From positions 16,347 to 80,346 of the forward strand of contig CALWYZ010000012.1 of the NCBI GenBank assembly GCA_944385895.1: a DNA stretch of 64,000 nt, in the 5' to 3' direction. Below the pieces are notes generated by a model. That model was not told the origin of the DNA and ran no database searches. It saw only the letters and a program-made list of their open reading frames with translations. Origin of the DNA: an uncultured Clostridia bacterium. GTDB taxonomy: Bacteria; Bacillota; Clostridia; Oscillospirales; QAKW01. Numbering within the stretch: position 1 is the first letter of the stretch; each line of letters opens with the position of its first letter. Of the stretch, positions 43,361 through 51,769 are shown piece by piece. The position numbers were made by a program, and so were the translations under genes.

Positions 43361-44317
43361 TCATACAAAAAGTGATGACATAGGCTCATCTGCGTAAATA
43401 CGCTTTATAGCATCAGCAAAAATAGGTGCTACTGGAAGATATGTAATTTTGTCGAGCTGCTTTTCCTCAGGGCACTCGATAGTATCCAAAAGAATCACTT
43501 TTTTTATAACACTGTCCTTGATACGTTCAAGAGCGGGGCCGGACAGAACTCCATGGGTCGCGCAGGCATATACCTCAGTCGCGCCGCCGACCTCGACAAG
43601 AGCCTTGGCAGCATTGCACAAAGTACCTGCCGTATCTATCATATCGTCCACAAGAACAACGCGTTTGCCGTTCACATCGCCTATTATATTCATGACCTCA
43701 CAGACGTTTGCCTGCTGGCGGCGCTTGTCCACAATGGCAAGAGGCGCATTTATCTTTGCCGCAAAATTGCGGGCGCGTGTAACAGAGCCAAGATCAGGAG
43801 AAACAACAGTTACTTCTTTACCGTTATTTATCATATTCTGAAAATACGGAGCAAGAATAGGCACACCCAAAAGATGATCAACAGGAATATTAAAGAAGCC
43901 CTGTATCTGAGCGGCATGCAGATCCATTGTAAGCACACGGTCAGCTCCGGCGGCATCGATAAGGTCGGCGACAAGCTTTGCCGATATCGGATCATGAGAT
44001 TTAGCCTTTCTGTCCTGACGCGCATATCCGAAATATGGAATAACAGCAGTAATACGTCCGGCAGAAGCACGTTTGAACGCATCTATCATTATCAGCATTT
44101 CCATCAGATTATCATTAACCGGCTGGTTTGTAGATTGCACCAAAAACACGTCAGATCCGCGTACCGTCTCATTTATAGACACAGATATTTCACCGTCCGA
44201 GAAGGTCTTAACAATACTGTCACCGATGGGCAGCCCCAACCGCTGAGCAATACCATGTGCCACCTTCTGCGATGCATTGGCCGCGAATATTTTAATGTTT
44301 TTACCGTGTGTTATCAT
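43361..44317 (-). CDS. prs: Ribose-phosphate pyrophosphokinase
   Basis: 'PYFGYARQDRK', 'DLHAAQIQGFF' and the PRPP-binding loop 'VLVDDMIDTAGT'. Confidence 0.95.
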   Translation of the reverse strand: MITHGKNIKIFAANASQKVAHGIAQRLGLPIGDSIVKTFSDGEISVSINETVRGSDVFLVQSTNQPVNDNLMEMLIMIDAFKRASAGRITAVIPYFGYARQDRKAKSHDPISAKLVADLIDAAGADRVLTMDLHAAQIQGFFNIPVDHLLGVPILAPYFQNMINNGKEVTVVSPDLGSVTRARNFAAKINAPLAIVDKRRQQANVCEVMNIIGDVNGKRVVLVDDMIDTAGTLCNAAKALVEVGGATEVYACATHGVLSGPALERIKDSVIKKVILLDTIECPEEKQLDKITYLPVAPIFADAIKRIYADEPMSSLFV

Positions 44318-44333
44318 TTTTCCTGTCTCCTTC

Positions 44334-44373
44334 CAAAAATAAAAACCGTCTGGATACAGCTATACCAAACGGT
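44334..44373 (-). promoter_or_regulatory. Terminator-like hairpin inside the prs 5' leader (candidate attenuator)
   Basis: On the minus strand, ACCGTTTGG-tatagctgtat-CCAGACGGT (one G.U pair) is followed by TTTTTATTTTT, then AAGGAGA and the prs ATG. No minus-strand gene lies upstream for it to terminate. Confidence 0.45.
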
Positions 44374-44595
44374 CAAAAATAATCGAAAAGGGACACTTGC
44401 AGTAAAATACACAAAAAAGCTTCATTCTCCGCATTCTCCCTTCCGCACATTCCATATATATTTTAACAACTGCATACGATTTTTTCAAGACTATTTTAAT
44501 ATTAGTTCAACTTTGTCAATAATAACCGAGACGCAGTGATGGCATAGGGTAATTTTGTAAGTTCTGATAAATAATCTACAAAACAAAAAAAGGGG

Positions 44596-44623
44596 GTTGT
44601 TTAATCGAAAAAATATGCTATAA
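44596..44623 (+). promoter_or_regulatory. Candidate extended -10 promoter of ppdK
   Basis: TTGTTT, a 16-nt spacer, then TGcTATAAT. It leaves a leader of roughly 165 nt. Confidence 0.5.
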
Positions 44624-44701
44624 TATAAAATAAACTAAATTCAGAGTATCCGCTTTTTGCAGTATTAAGGCAAAAGGCAGATATTGTTGTGCTCTTTTAT
44701 A

Positions 44702-44725
44702 CAGTTTGTCCGACAGTTTGTCCGA
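44702..44725 (+). repeat. Perfect tandem 12-mer CAGTTTGTCCGA x2 in the ppdK leader
   Basis: Read directly from the sequence. It is followed by the partial copy AAGTTGT and a small hairpin GGCAGT-aaac-ACTGCC. Confidence 0.8.
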
Positions 44726-44794
44726 AAAGTTGTATAACGTGGCAGTAAACACTGCCGTTAAAATTATGTATATTCTTTTTTGGAGGTAAAAAAT

Positions 44795-47431
44795 ATGTCA
44801 AAAAAATTCGTTTATCTTTTCAGCGAAGGAAATGCCACAATGAGAAATCTTCTCGGCGGTAAAGGCGCAAACCTTGCTGAAATGACGAATCTCGGTCTTC
44901 CGGTACCGCAGGGCTTTACCATTACAACAGAGGCCTGCACTCAGTATTATGAAGACGGCAAAAAGATCAACGATGAAATCCAGGCTCAGATCATGGAATA
45001 TATCGTCAAAATGGAAGAAATCACTGGCAAAAAATTTGGCGATATGGAAAATCCGCTTCTCGTTTCTGTTCGTTCCGGCGCACGTGCTTCAATGCCGGGT
45101 ATGATGGACACCATACTCAACCTTGGTCTTAACGAACAGGTCGTTGAAGTAATGGCTAAAAAGTCCGGAAATCCGCGTTGGGCTTGGGACTGTTACAGAA
45201 GATTTATCCAGATGTATTCCGACGTAGTTATGGAAGTCGGCAAAAAATATTTTGAAGAGCTTATTGATAAAATGAAAGCCGAAAAAGGCGTTACTCAGGA
45301 CGTTGAACTGACAGCTGATGACCTTAAAGAGCTTGCCAATCAATTCAAAGCTGAATATAAAGAAAAAATCGGTGCAGAATTTCCGACTGATCCTAAAGAG
45401 CAGCTCATGGGCGCTATCAAAGCTGTATTCCGTTCATGGGACAACCCCAGAGCAAATGTTTACAGACGTGATAATGATATTCCTTATTCATGGGGAACTG
45501 CGGTAAACGTACAGATGATGGCATTCGGCAACATGGGCGAGACTTCCGGTACCGGCGTTGCCTTTACACGTAACCCTGCAACCGGCGAGAAAAAGCTGTT
45601 TGGTGAATTTCTTATGAACGCTCAGGGCGAGGACGTTGTCGCCGGTGTACGTACACCCCAGACTATCGATCAGCTCAAGGACGTTATGCCGGAAGTTTAC
45701 AATCAGTTTGTTGAGATCTGCAAAAAACTTGAAAATCACTACCGTGACATGCAGGACATGGAGTTTACAATCGAAGATAAAAAGCTCTACATGCTGCAGA
45801 CAAGAAACGGAAAAAGAACAGCTGCTGCCGCTCTCAAAATCGCATGTGACCTTGTTGACGAGGGCATGATCTCAGACAAAGAGGCAGTTGCCATGATAGA
45901 TCCCCGTAACCTCGATGCACTTTTGCATCCTCAGTTTGATGCCGCTGCTCTCAAAGCTACCACACCGGTAGCTCGTGCACTTGCAGCCTCTCCCGGCGCT
46001 GCCTACGGTAAGATAGTATTTACTGCCGACGATGCAAAAGCATGGGCAGAAAGGGGCGAAAAAGTTGTCCTTGTTCGTCTTGAGACATCTCCGGAGGATA
46101 TCGAGGGCATGAAAGCTTCTCAGGGTATACTTACTGTCCGCGGAGGTATGACATCTCATGCTGCCGTTGTTGCACGTGGTATGGGTACATGCTGCGTATC
46201 AGGATGTTCTGAGATTGCAATGGATGAAGAAAACAAAAAGTTTGTACTTGCCGGTAAGACTTATTCCGAGGGCGATTATATCTCAATAGACGGTTCAACA
46301 GGCGCAATATATGATGGTATAATCCCCACCGTTGACGCTTCTATAGGCGGTGAATTCGGCAGAATCATGGCCTGGGCGGACAAATACAGAAAGCTTAAAG
46401 TAAGAACCAATGCTGACACACCTGCTGATGCAAAGCGCGCATTTTCACTCGGTGCTGAGGGTATCGGACTTTGCCGTACAGAACACATGTTCTTTGAGGG
46501 CGACAGAATTGCCGCGTTCAGAGAGATGATCTGCTCTGACACAGTAGAGGAAAGAGAAGCGGCACTGGCTAAAATACTTCCCACTCAGCAGGGCGACTTT
46601 GAAAAACTCTATGAAGCAATGGAGGGCAAATCTGTTACGATCCGCTTCCTTGATCCGCCTCTGCACGAATTTGTTCCTACAGAGGAAAAGGATATCGAGC
46701 TGCTTGCAAAAACACAGGGCAAGACCGTAGAACAGATCAAAAATATCATTACCTCACTTCACGAGTTTAACCCAATGATGGGTCACCGCGGATGCCGTCT
46801 TGCAGTTACCTATCCGGAAATCGCAGCAATGCAGACAAGAGCCGTTATCCGCGCCGCTATCAATGTCAAGAAAGCTCATCCCGACTGGAATATCGTACCT
46901 GAGATAATGATTCCTCTTGTAGGCGAAGTTAAAGAGCTTAAATATGTAAAAGATGTTGTCGTAAAAACAGCCGATCAGGAAATCAAAGACGCAGGCTCAG
47001 ATCTCAAATATGAAGTCGGTACAATGATCGAGATTCCAAGAGCATGTCTTACGGCCGATGAAATTGCAAAGGAAGCTGACTTCTTCTGCTTTGGTACAAA
47101 CGACCTCACACAGATGACATTCGGTTTCAGCCGTGATGACGCCGGAAAATTCCTCGGCGCGTACTATGACGCTAAAATTTACGAATATGATCCGTTTGCA
47201 AAACTTGATCAGACCGGTGTAGGCAAACTCATGGAAATGGCTGTTAAAATGGGTCACGAGGTTAAACCTACGCTTCACTGCGGCATATGCGGTGAGCATG
47301 GCGGTGATCCCTCTTCAGTTGAATTCTGCCATAAGATAGGTCTTGATTATGTATCTTGCTCACCTTTCCGTGTTCCGATTGCACGTCTTGCCGCTGCGCA
47401 GGCTGCTATTAAAGAGCAGGGAAACAAGTAA
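44795..47431 (+). CDS. ppdK: Pyruvate, phosphate dikinase
   Basis: The start is at ATG 44795, after GGAGGT. The phospho-His loop reads 'GGMTSHAAVVARGMG', and the catalytic Cys region reads 'CGICGEHGGDP'. About 878 aa. Confidence 0.95.
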   Translation: MSKKFVYLFSEGNATMRNLLGGKGANLAEMTNLGLPVPQGFTITTEACTQYYEDGKKINDEIQAQIMEYIVKMEEITGKKFGDMENPLLVSVRSGARASMPGMMDTILNLGLNEQVVEVMAKKSGNPRWAWDCYRRFIQMYSDVVMEVGKKYFEELIDKMKAEKGVTQDVELTADDLKELANQFKAEYKEKIGAEFPTDPKEQLMGAIKAVFRSWDNPRANVYRRDNDIPYSWGTAVNVQMMAFGNMGETSGTGVAFTRNPATGEKKLFGEFLMNAQGEDVVAGVRTPQTIDQLKDVMPEVYNQFVEICKKLENHYRDMQDMEFTIEDKKLYMLQTRNGKRTAAAALKIACDLVDEGMISDKEAVAMIDPRNLDALLHPQFDAAALKATTPVARALAASPGAAYGKIVFTADDAKAWAERGEKVVLVRLETSPEDIEGMKASQGILTVRGGMTSHAAVVARGMGTCCVSGCSEIAMDEENKKFVLAGKTYSEGDYISIDGSTGAIYDGIIPTVDASIGGEFGRIMAWADKYRKLKVRTNADTPADAKRAFSLGAEGIGLCRTEHMFFEGDRIAAFREMICSDTVEEREAALAKILPTQQGDFEKLYEAMEGKSVTIRFLDPPLHEFVPTEEKDIELLAKTQGKTVEQIKNIITSLHEFNPMMGHRGCRLAVTYPEIAAMQTRAVIRAAINVKKAHPDWNIVPEIMIPLVGEVKELKYVKDVVVKTADQEIKDAGSDLKYEVGTMIEIPRACLTADEIAKEADFFCFGTNDLTQMTFGFSRDDAGKFLGAYYDAKIYEYDPFAKLDQTGVGKLMEMAVKMGHEVKPTLHCGICGEHGGDPSSVEFCHKIGLDYVSCSPFRVPIARLAAAQAAIKEQGNK

Positions 47432-47568
47432 TTGTTCCTTCCTCAAAATCGCCGATTTGACGATTGACGAAGCGTATGCTCATAAGTATCTGGAAACAGT
47501 TTCGGATGTGCACCACTTCAAGACGTCAAGTTGGAAAGATGTAAAGGTTTCAATTTGTATCTAAAACG

Positions 47569-47606
47569 AATCCCCGTACTTCCGAAAGAGGTACGGGGAT
47601 TTTTCA
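47569..47606 (+). terminator. Rho-independent terminator downstream of ppdK (138 nt after the stop)
   Basis: AATCCCCGTAC-ttccgaaagag-GTACGGGGATT followed by TTTT. Confidence 0.8.
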
Positions 47607-47615
47607 AAATATGTA

Positions 47616-47643
47616 TTGACATTTTCAAAAACCGTGATATACT
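47616..47643 (+). promoter_or_regulatory. Near-consensus sigma-A promoter driving the NTase-tnpV block
   Basis: TTGACA, a 16-nt spacer, then TATACT, beginning 10 nt after the ppdK terminator. Confidence 0.65.
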
Positions 47644-47699
47644 GTAACGATTTAACGCAAAGTTAAATGGGTGGCATGGGAAAAAGAAAGGAATATACA

Positions 47700-48347
47700 A
47701 TGTACGAATATGTAACAAAGAAAGAATATGCCCCCGTCAAGGTAAAACTTGAAAGCATATTAAGGCGTATCCAACAGATAATGGCATCCGATTATGAATT
47801 GGAGTTCAAATATGAATTGATCGGAAGTGGTAAGCGTCATTTAATAACTCGAATCAAAGATGGAAATAAAGGATTTGATTTCGACTATAATTTGATTATT
47901 CCTCATCCCGGTCAAGGTTATCACTACAAGGCGGATGTTATAAAAAGCGATTTTATTGAAGCTTTCAAAATTGCGTTGAAAGGCACACAGTATTCATTCC
48001 CAAAAGATTCGACATCTGCAATCACAATTAAGATGGTCGATAAAGTAAACAATAAAATCAAATACAGTTGTGATTTTGCCATCATGTATTATGATGAAAA
48101 TGATGGTTGTGACGGCTATATGTATTTAAGGAATGACAAATCTACCGGCAATTATCACTTTGCTTTTCGTTCCTATAGCAGAACCGATACGAACGAAAAA
48201 CTTGCAGAGATTTTGGAATACGAGGATGGCTGGAATTGGATTAGAGATGAATATTTGAAACTAAAAAATAGAAACAAAAGCAATAAGCATTCTTTTTCAT
48301 TGTACATTGAAGCAATCAATAACATTTACAATCAGATGAATCAATAA
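47700..48347 (+). CDS. Minimal Pol-beta-superfamily nucleotidyltransferase, specificity unknown (OAS/CD-NTase-like motif spacing)
   Basis: 215 aa from ATG 47700. The catalytic signature is 'LIGSGKRHLITRIKDGNKGFDFDYNLII' (GS...DxD), with a third acidic site at 'YSCDFAIMYYDEND'. Confidence 0.6.
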   Translation: MYEYVTKKEYAPVKVKLESILRRIQQIMASDYELEFKYELIGSGKRHLITRIKDGNKGFDFDYNLIIPHPGQGYHYKADVIKSDFIEAFKIALKGTQYSFPKDSTSAITIKMVDKVNNKIKYSCDFAIMYYDENDGCDGYMYLRNDKSTGNYHFAFRSYSRTDTNEKLAEILEYEDGWNWIRDEYLKLKNRNKSNKHSFSLYIEAINNIYNQMNQ

Positions 48348-48415
48348 ATCGCACATTTTTCAAGCCTCTTTTTATTTGGTAAAATGATGTCACCAAATAT
48401 AAGGAGGTTTTCTCT

Positions 48416-48781
48416 ATGAAATCATTATTCGAGCAAATAGGCAGTACATACACACAGGTGGGCGATTATCTGCTTCCCGATGTTGAACTGCCGGAAGAAA
48501 AGCCAATCGGCGTATGGGGTACACGACATCACAACTATCTGAGAAAAGCGAATCGTGTGTTTTTCAGTCAGTTAGTCATCAGCGGTAAGATGAATGACTA
48601 CCTTGCAGACATCGACAAGCAGGCAGAAGAAATGTTTTCTCAGTTGGTAAAACAACTTGCCGAGCGTGATGGCATTACAGAAATGCTCAAAGCCGCCGAC
48701 CAAATGGAGTGGGTACGGCGTATGAATATTGTCCGAGCAAAAGCGACCGAAATCGTCAACAAGGAGCTGATCTTTGTATGA
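48416..48781 (+). CDS. tnpV: Transposon-associated protein TnpV
   Basis: 121 aa. 'MKSLFEQIGSTYTQVGDYLLPDVELPEE...GVWGTRHHNYLRK...DQMEWVRRMNIVRAKATEIVNKELIF' closely follows the TnpV family of Tn4451-type clostridial elements as I remember it. RBS AAGGAGG is present. Confidence 0.8.
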   Translation: MKSLFEQIGSTYTQVGDYLLPDVELPEEKPIGVWGTRHHNYLRKANRVFFSQLVISGKMNDYLADIDKQAEEMFSQLVKQLAERDGITEMLKAADQMEWVRRMNIVRAKATEIVNKELIFV

Positions 48782-49038
48782 TAACGCTTGAAGACTTCTG
48801 GTACGGCAACATCAACCCGCACGAGCAGTTCCTTGAGGGCAACGAAAAGTTGAAGGAGTTGCTCCCCATCATGGCAAAGGACAGAGAAGAACTTTCAGCC
48901 GATCTTTCGCCGGAACAAACTGAATGGCTTGAAAAGTACGACGACATCATCAACGAAATGCATTCCAACGCCGAAATCGAGGCATTCAAGTACGGCTTCC
49001 GGTTTGCAACGGCACTTTTCATCGAATCAATTGCATAA
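48778..49038 (+). CDS. Small conserved protein usually paired with tnpV (function unknown)
   Basis: 86 aa from ATG 48778. There is an ATGA start/stop overlap with tnpV, and AAGGAG lies 11 nt upstream. 'LEDFWYGNINPHEQ' is the family-typical N-terminus. Confidence 0.6.
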   Translation: MITLEDFWYGNINPHEQFLEGNEKLKELLPIMAKDREELSADLSPEQTEWLEKYDDIINEMHSNAEIEAFKYGFRFATALFIESIA

Positions 49039-49046
49039 TACCATCA

Positions 49047-49075
49047 AAGCGGGGCTTCGGCTCCGCTTTTTCTTT
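49047..49075 (+). terminator. Terminator after the tnpV block
   Basis: AGCGGGGC-ttcg-GCTCCGCT (one G.U pair) followed by TTTTTCTTT. Confidence 0.7.
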
Positions 49076-49090
49076 ATCGAAAACGCAAAA

Positions 49091-49149
49091 GCGAATATTC
49101 GCTGAATATTCGAAAATTCTATTGACAAAGCGAATTTTCTGAGTATAAT
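49091..49149 (+). promoter_or_regulatory. Promoter with a palindromic operator array
   Basis: The promoter is TTGACA (49122), a 16-nt spacer, then TATAAT (49144). Upstream are the perfect 12-bp palindrome GCGAATATTCGC (49091-49102) and the adjacent TGAATATTCGA. A related GCGAATTTTC lies inside the spacer. Confidence 0.65.
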
Positions 49150-49192
49150 ATAAAATGCAGTATAGTAAGAACAACTGTAAGGAGGCGTTCCA

Positions 49193-50488
49193 ATGAATTT
49201 TGAGACCGAGAATATTGAATTCAAATCTCAATTTACCGAAGAAATCTATAAAGAGGTCATTGCCTTTGCCAATACGGACGGGGGCATTGTGTATGTCGGA
49301 ATAGATAATGACGGGAATGCTGTCGGACTGACCGATGTAGATACCGAATATACCCGCATTACCAATGGCATCCGTGATGCTATCATGCCGGATGTCACAA
49401 TGTTCGTGCGCTTTACCGTGCAGGAAAACAAGGTAGTCCGTATTACCGTGAGCGAAGGCAGTAACAAGCCGTACTATCTCAAAGGAAAAGGATTGAAGCC
49501 GAGCGGCGTATATGTTCGTCAAGGCACTTCCAGCGTTCCCGCATCTCCCGAACAAATTCGCCAAATGATAAAAGACAGCGACGGCGATACCTTTGAAGAA
49601 ATACGCTCTCTTGAACAAGATTTGACTTTTGATGCCGCCGCAATCGCCTTTAAGCGTTACGGCGTGGAATTCAGCACCGAGAAATACCGTGCGCTCTGCA
49701 TGACGCAGAAGAACGATGATATTTACACAAACCTTGCCCTGCTCCTTTCCGATCAGTGTGCCCACACGACCAAAATCGCCGTATTCAGCGACGATGCCCG
49801 CACCATGTTCCGTGACAGTAAAGAATTCAGCGGCTCTATCTTAAAGCAGTTTGAAGATGCCGTCAATTATCTTGCACTTTGCAACAAAACCAGTTCGGTC
49901 ATTAAAGGCGTAGTGAGAACGGATAAGCAGGATTACCCGGAGGAAGCGATCCGTGAGGCACTGCTGAACGCTATCGTTCACCGTGATTACAGCTTCAGCG
50001 GCAGTATCATTATCAATGTTACCGACCGTATGATGGAATTCATCTCACTCGGTGGTCTTCTGCCCGGTCTTTCCCCCGATGATATTCGCTCCGGTATTTC
50101 TCAGCCGAGAAACAAAAATCTTGCCGAAGTATTCCACCGCCTGCGCCTGATCGAAAGCTACGGCACCGGCATCCGCAGAATATTCAATTTGTATACCGCT
50201 TGCTCGGATCAACCGCAAATTGAAGTGACATCCAATACTTTCAAAATCGTTTTGCCGAATATGAACGCCGCGCCTGCGGCAGAGCCGGATAATACTGCGG
50301 AAATAACTCCGCAGATGCAAAAGGTGCTTGACTTTATCAAGGCAAACGGACAGATCACCGAAAAAGAAATCAGCGACCTGCTCGGACTGAAAAAGACACG
50401 CACATTTACCGTCGCGAAGCAGATGCGTGATCTCGGACTGATCAAAGTCGTCGGCAGAGGCGATAGCAAGAAATATATGATGAAATAA
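49193..50488 (+). CDS. AlbA_2 (Schlafen-like) + HATPase_c_4 + C-terminal wHTH protein (often mis-annotated as RecG-like)
   Basis: 'ENIEFKSQFTEEIYKEVIAFANTDGGIVYVGIDNDGNAVGL' is the AlbA_2 region. 'IREALLNAIVHRDY' belongs to HATPase_c_4. The wHTH reads 'MQKVLDFIKANGQITEKEISDLLGLKKTRTFTVAKQMRDLGLIKVVGRG'. Confidence 0.8.
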   Translation: MNFETENIEFKSQFTEEIYKEVIAFANTDGGIVYVGIDNDGNAVGLTDVDTEYTRITNGIRDAIMPDVTMFVRFTVQENKVVRITVSEGSNKPYYLKGKGLKPSGVYVRQGTSSVPASPEQIRQMIKDSDGDTFEEIRSLEQDLTFDAAAIAFKRYGVEFSTEKYRALCMTQKNDDIYTNLALLLSDQCAHTTKIAVFSDDARTMFRDSKEFSGSILKQFEDAVNYLALCNKTSSVIKGVVRTDKQDYPEEAIREALLNAIVHRDYSFSGSIIINVTDRMMEFISLGGLLPGLSPDDIRSGISQPRNKNLAEVFHRLRLIESYGTGIRRIFNLYTACSDQPQIEVTSNTFKIVLPNMNAAPAAEPDNTAEITPQMQKVLDFIKANGQITEKEISDLLGLKKTRTFTVAKQMRDLGLIKVVGRGDSKKYMMK

Positions 50489-50580
50489 ACGGGAAAAACA
50501 GAAGTAAGTCCGTTTTATGGGACATCGACTATGTAATAATAATACAAGGATAGTTTTCTTGTATGGAAAGAGCATTATTT

Positions 50581-51765
50581 ATGAAAAAGAAAAAACGAAA
50601 ATTACGCGTGTTTGAAGCTTTTGCCGGCATTGGTGCACAGGCATCCGCTTTAGAACGCATGAATATTGATTATGAAATTGTTGGGATTAGTGATTGGTTT
50701 ATTGATGCCATCGAATGCTATGCAGCCATACATTGCGATGATGTTCAAGTCGATATGCCAAAAGACATCTCAGAAATCGATAAGTATCTCTCTAAATTTA
50801 CTTTTAGTGCAACATCGGTAAAACCGACAAATATCAAACGCTTAACTGAAGACCAAAGGCGTGATCTGTATCGGGCAAATAAAAAAGCGAAAAACTACGG
50901 TTCTATTACCGATATAAAAGGAATTGATTTGCCTGATATTGATTTACTTGTCTATAGTTTCCCATGTCAGGATTTATCTACGGGGGGACTCGGAAAAGGA
51001 ATGAAAAAAGGTTCAGGGACAAGATCCGGCCTTCTTTGGGAAATCGAACGGATTTTGAACGAACTAAATGAGTTGAATAAATTACCGGAATACCTTTTGT
51101 TAGAAAATGTAAAAACAATTAAGGCGGCAACAAACATTGACGATCTTAAACAATGGCTATCGTTTTTGGAATCATTGGGGTATTCAAACAATGATTGTAT
51201 GATCTTAAACTCTCTTGACTTTGGAGTACCCCAGGATCGCGAACGGGCATTTATTGTAAGTCATTTAGGCGAAAAATTGGATATAGACTCTAAAATTGAG
51301 GCATCAAAGCAAGAACGGAAGTTCAAAATACGAAAGTTTATAAAAACCAACTATAAAAACAAAACATATAAAGTTGAAGCTGATATTGCGCAATTAAATA
51401 AAACCCCTTCAAGAGATGTTATGTGGGATATTAACGGAAAAAAAATAACCAATTATACGATTATTAGAACGATAACATGTAATATGGACAGAACACATAC
51501 TGCTGCTCTTTTTAAATATAATGGTGCAAAAGGAGATACATATCGGCGTCTAACGATGCGTGAAGCGTTTCTTTTGATGGGATTTACTGAGGATGAATAT
51601 GTCAAAGCCAAATCATTAAACTACAGTTATCGCAAATTAAATAAACTCATAGGAAATTCCATTGTTGTTAATGTTCTCCAAGCGATCTTTGACGCAATGT
51701 TTGGAGATGAATTCAGAAAGCAAAATCCGAACAATCCTGGAAATGATACAAATATAGGGGTGTAA
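50581..51765 (+). CDS. dcm: DNA (cytosine-5)-methyltransferase
   Basis: Motif I is 'LRVFEAFAGIGAQ', IV 'YSFPCQDLS', VI 'LLLENV', VIII 'VPQDRERAFIV' and X 'IGNSIVVNV'. I placed the start at ATG 50581. Confidence 0.92.
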   Translation: MKKKKRKLRVFEAFAGIGAQASALERMNIDYEIVGISDWFIDAIECYAAIHCDDVQVDMPKDISEIDKYLSKFTFSATSVKPTNIKRLTEDQRRDLYRANKKAKNYGSITDIKGIDLPDIDLLVYSFPCQDLSTGGLGKGMKKGSGTRSGLLWEIERILNELNELNKLPEYLLLENVKTIKAATNIDDLKQWLSFLESLGYSNNDCMILNSLDFGVPQDRERAFIVSHLGEKLDIDSKIEASKQERKFKIRKFIKTNYKNKTYKVEADIAQLNKTPSRDVMWDINGKKITNYTIIRTITCNMDRTHTAALFKYNGAKGDTYRRLTMREAFLLMGFTEDEYVKAKSLNYSYRKLNKLIGNSIVVNVLQAIFDAMFGDEFRKQNPNNPGNDTNIGV

Positions 51766-51769
51766 ATTT

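Noticed and set aside
43553-44539. 328-aa plus-strand ORF
   Set aside because: It is antisense to prs, which has unmistakable PRPP synthetase motifs. Its sequence is Arg/Ile/Tyr-rich and of low plausibility.
47433-47564. Protein-like 44-codon open frame (…FLKIADLTIDEAYAHKYLETVSDVHHFKTSSWKDVKVSICI*) between the ppdK stop and its terminator; possible remnant of a gene disrupted by the mobile element
   Set aside because: It has no start codon with an RBS and no room for a 5' part, since ppdK ends at 47431. An open frame of this length is not unusual by chance. I keep it only as a note for anyone defining the insertion site by comparison with empty loci.
47700-49038. Reading the NTase plus downstream genes as a CBASS operon
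   Set aside because: The downstream genes are tnpV and its usual small partner. There is no recognisable effector, E1/E2/JAB or HORMA/TRIP13 gene. The NTase is therefore reported only as a solitary enzyme of unknown role.
49019-49765. 248-aa minus-strand ORF
   Set aside because: It is antisense to the well-supported AlbA_2 gene and the tnpV-partner terminator/promoter region. It has no RBS, and its composition looks like shadow-frame translation.
50045-50575. 176-aa minus-strand ORF
   Set aside because: It is antisense to the 3' part of the AlbA_2/wHTH gene, has no family resemblance, and all real genes in this element are on the + strand.
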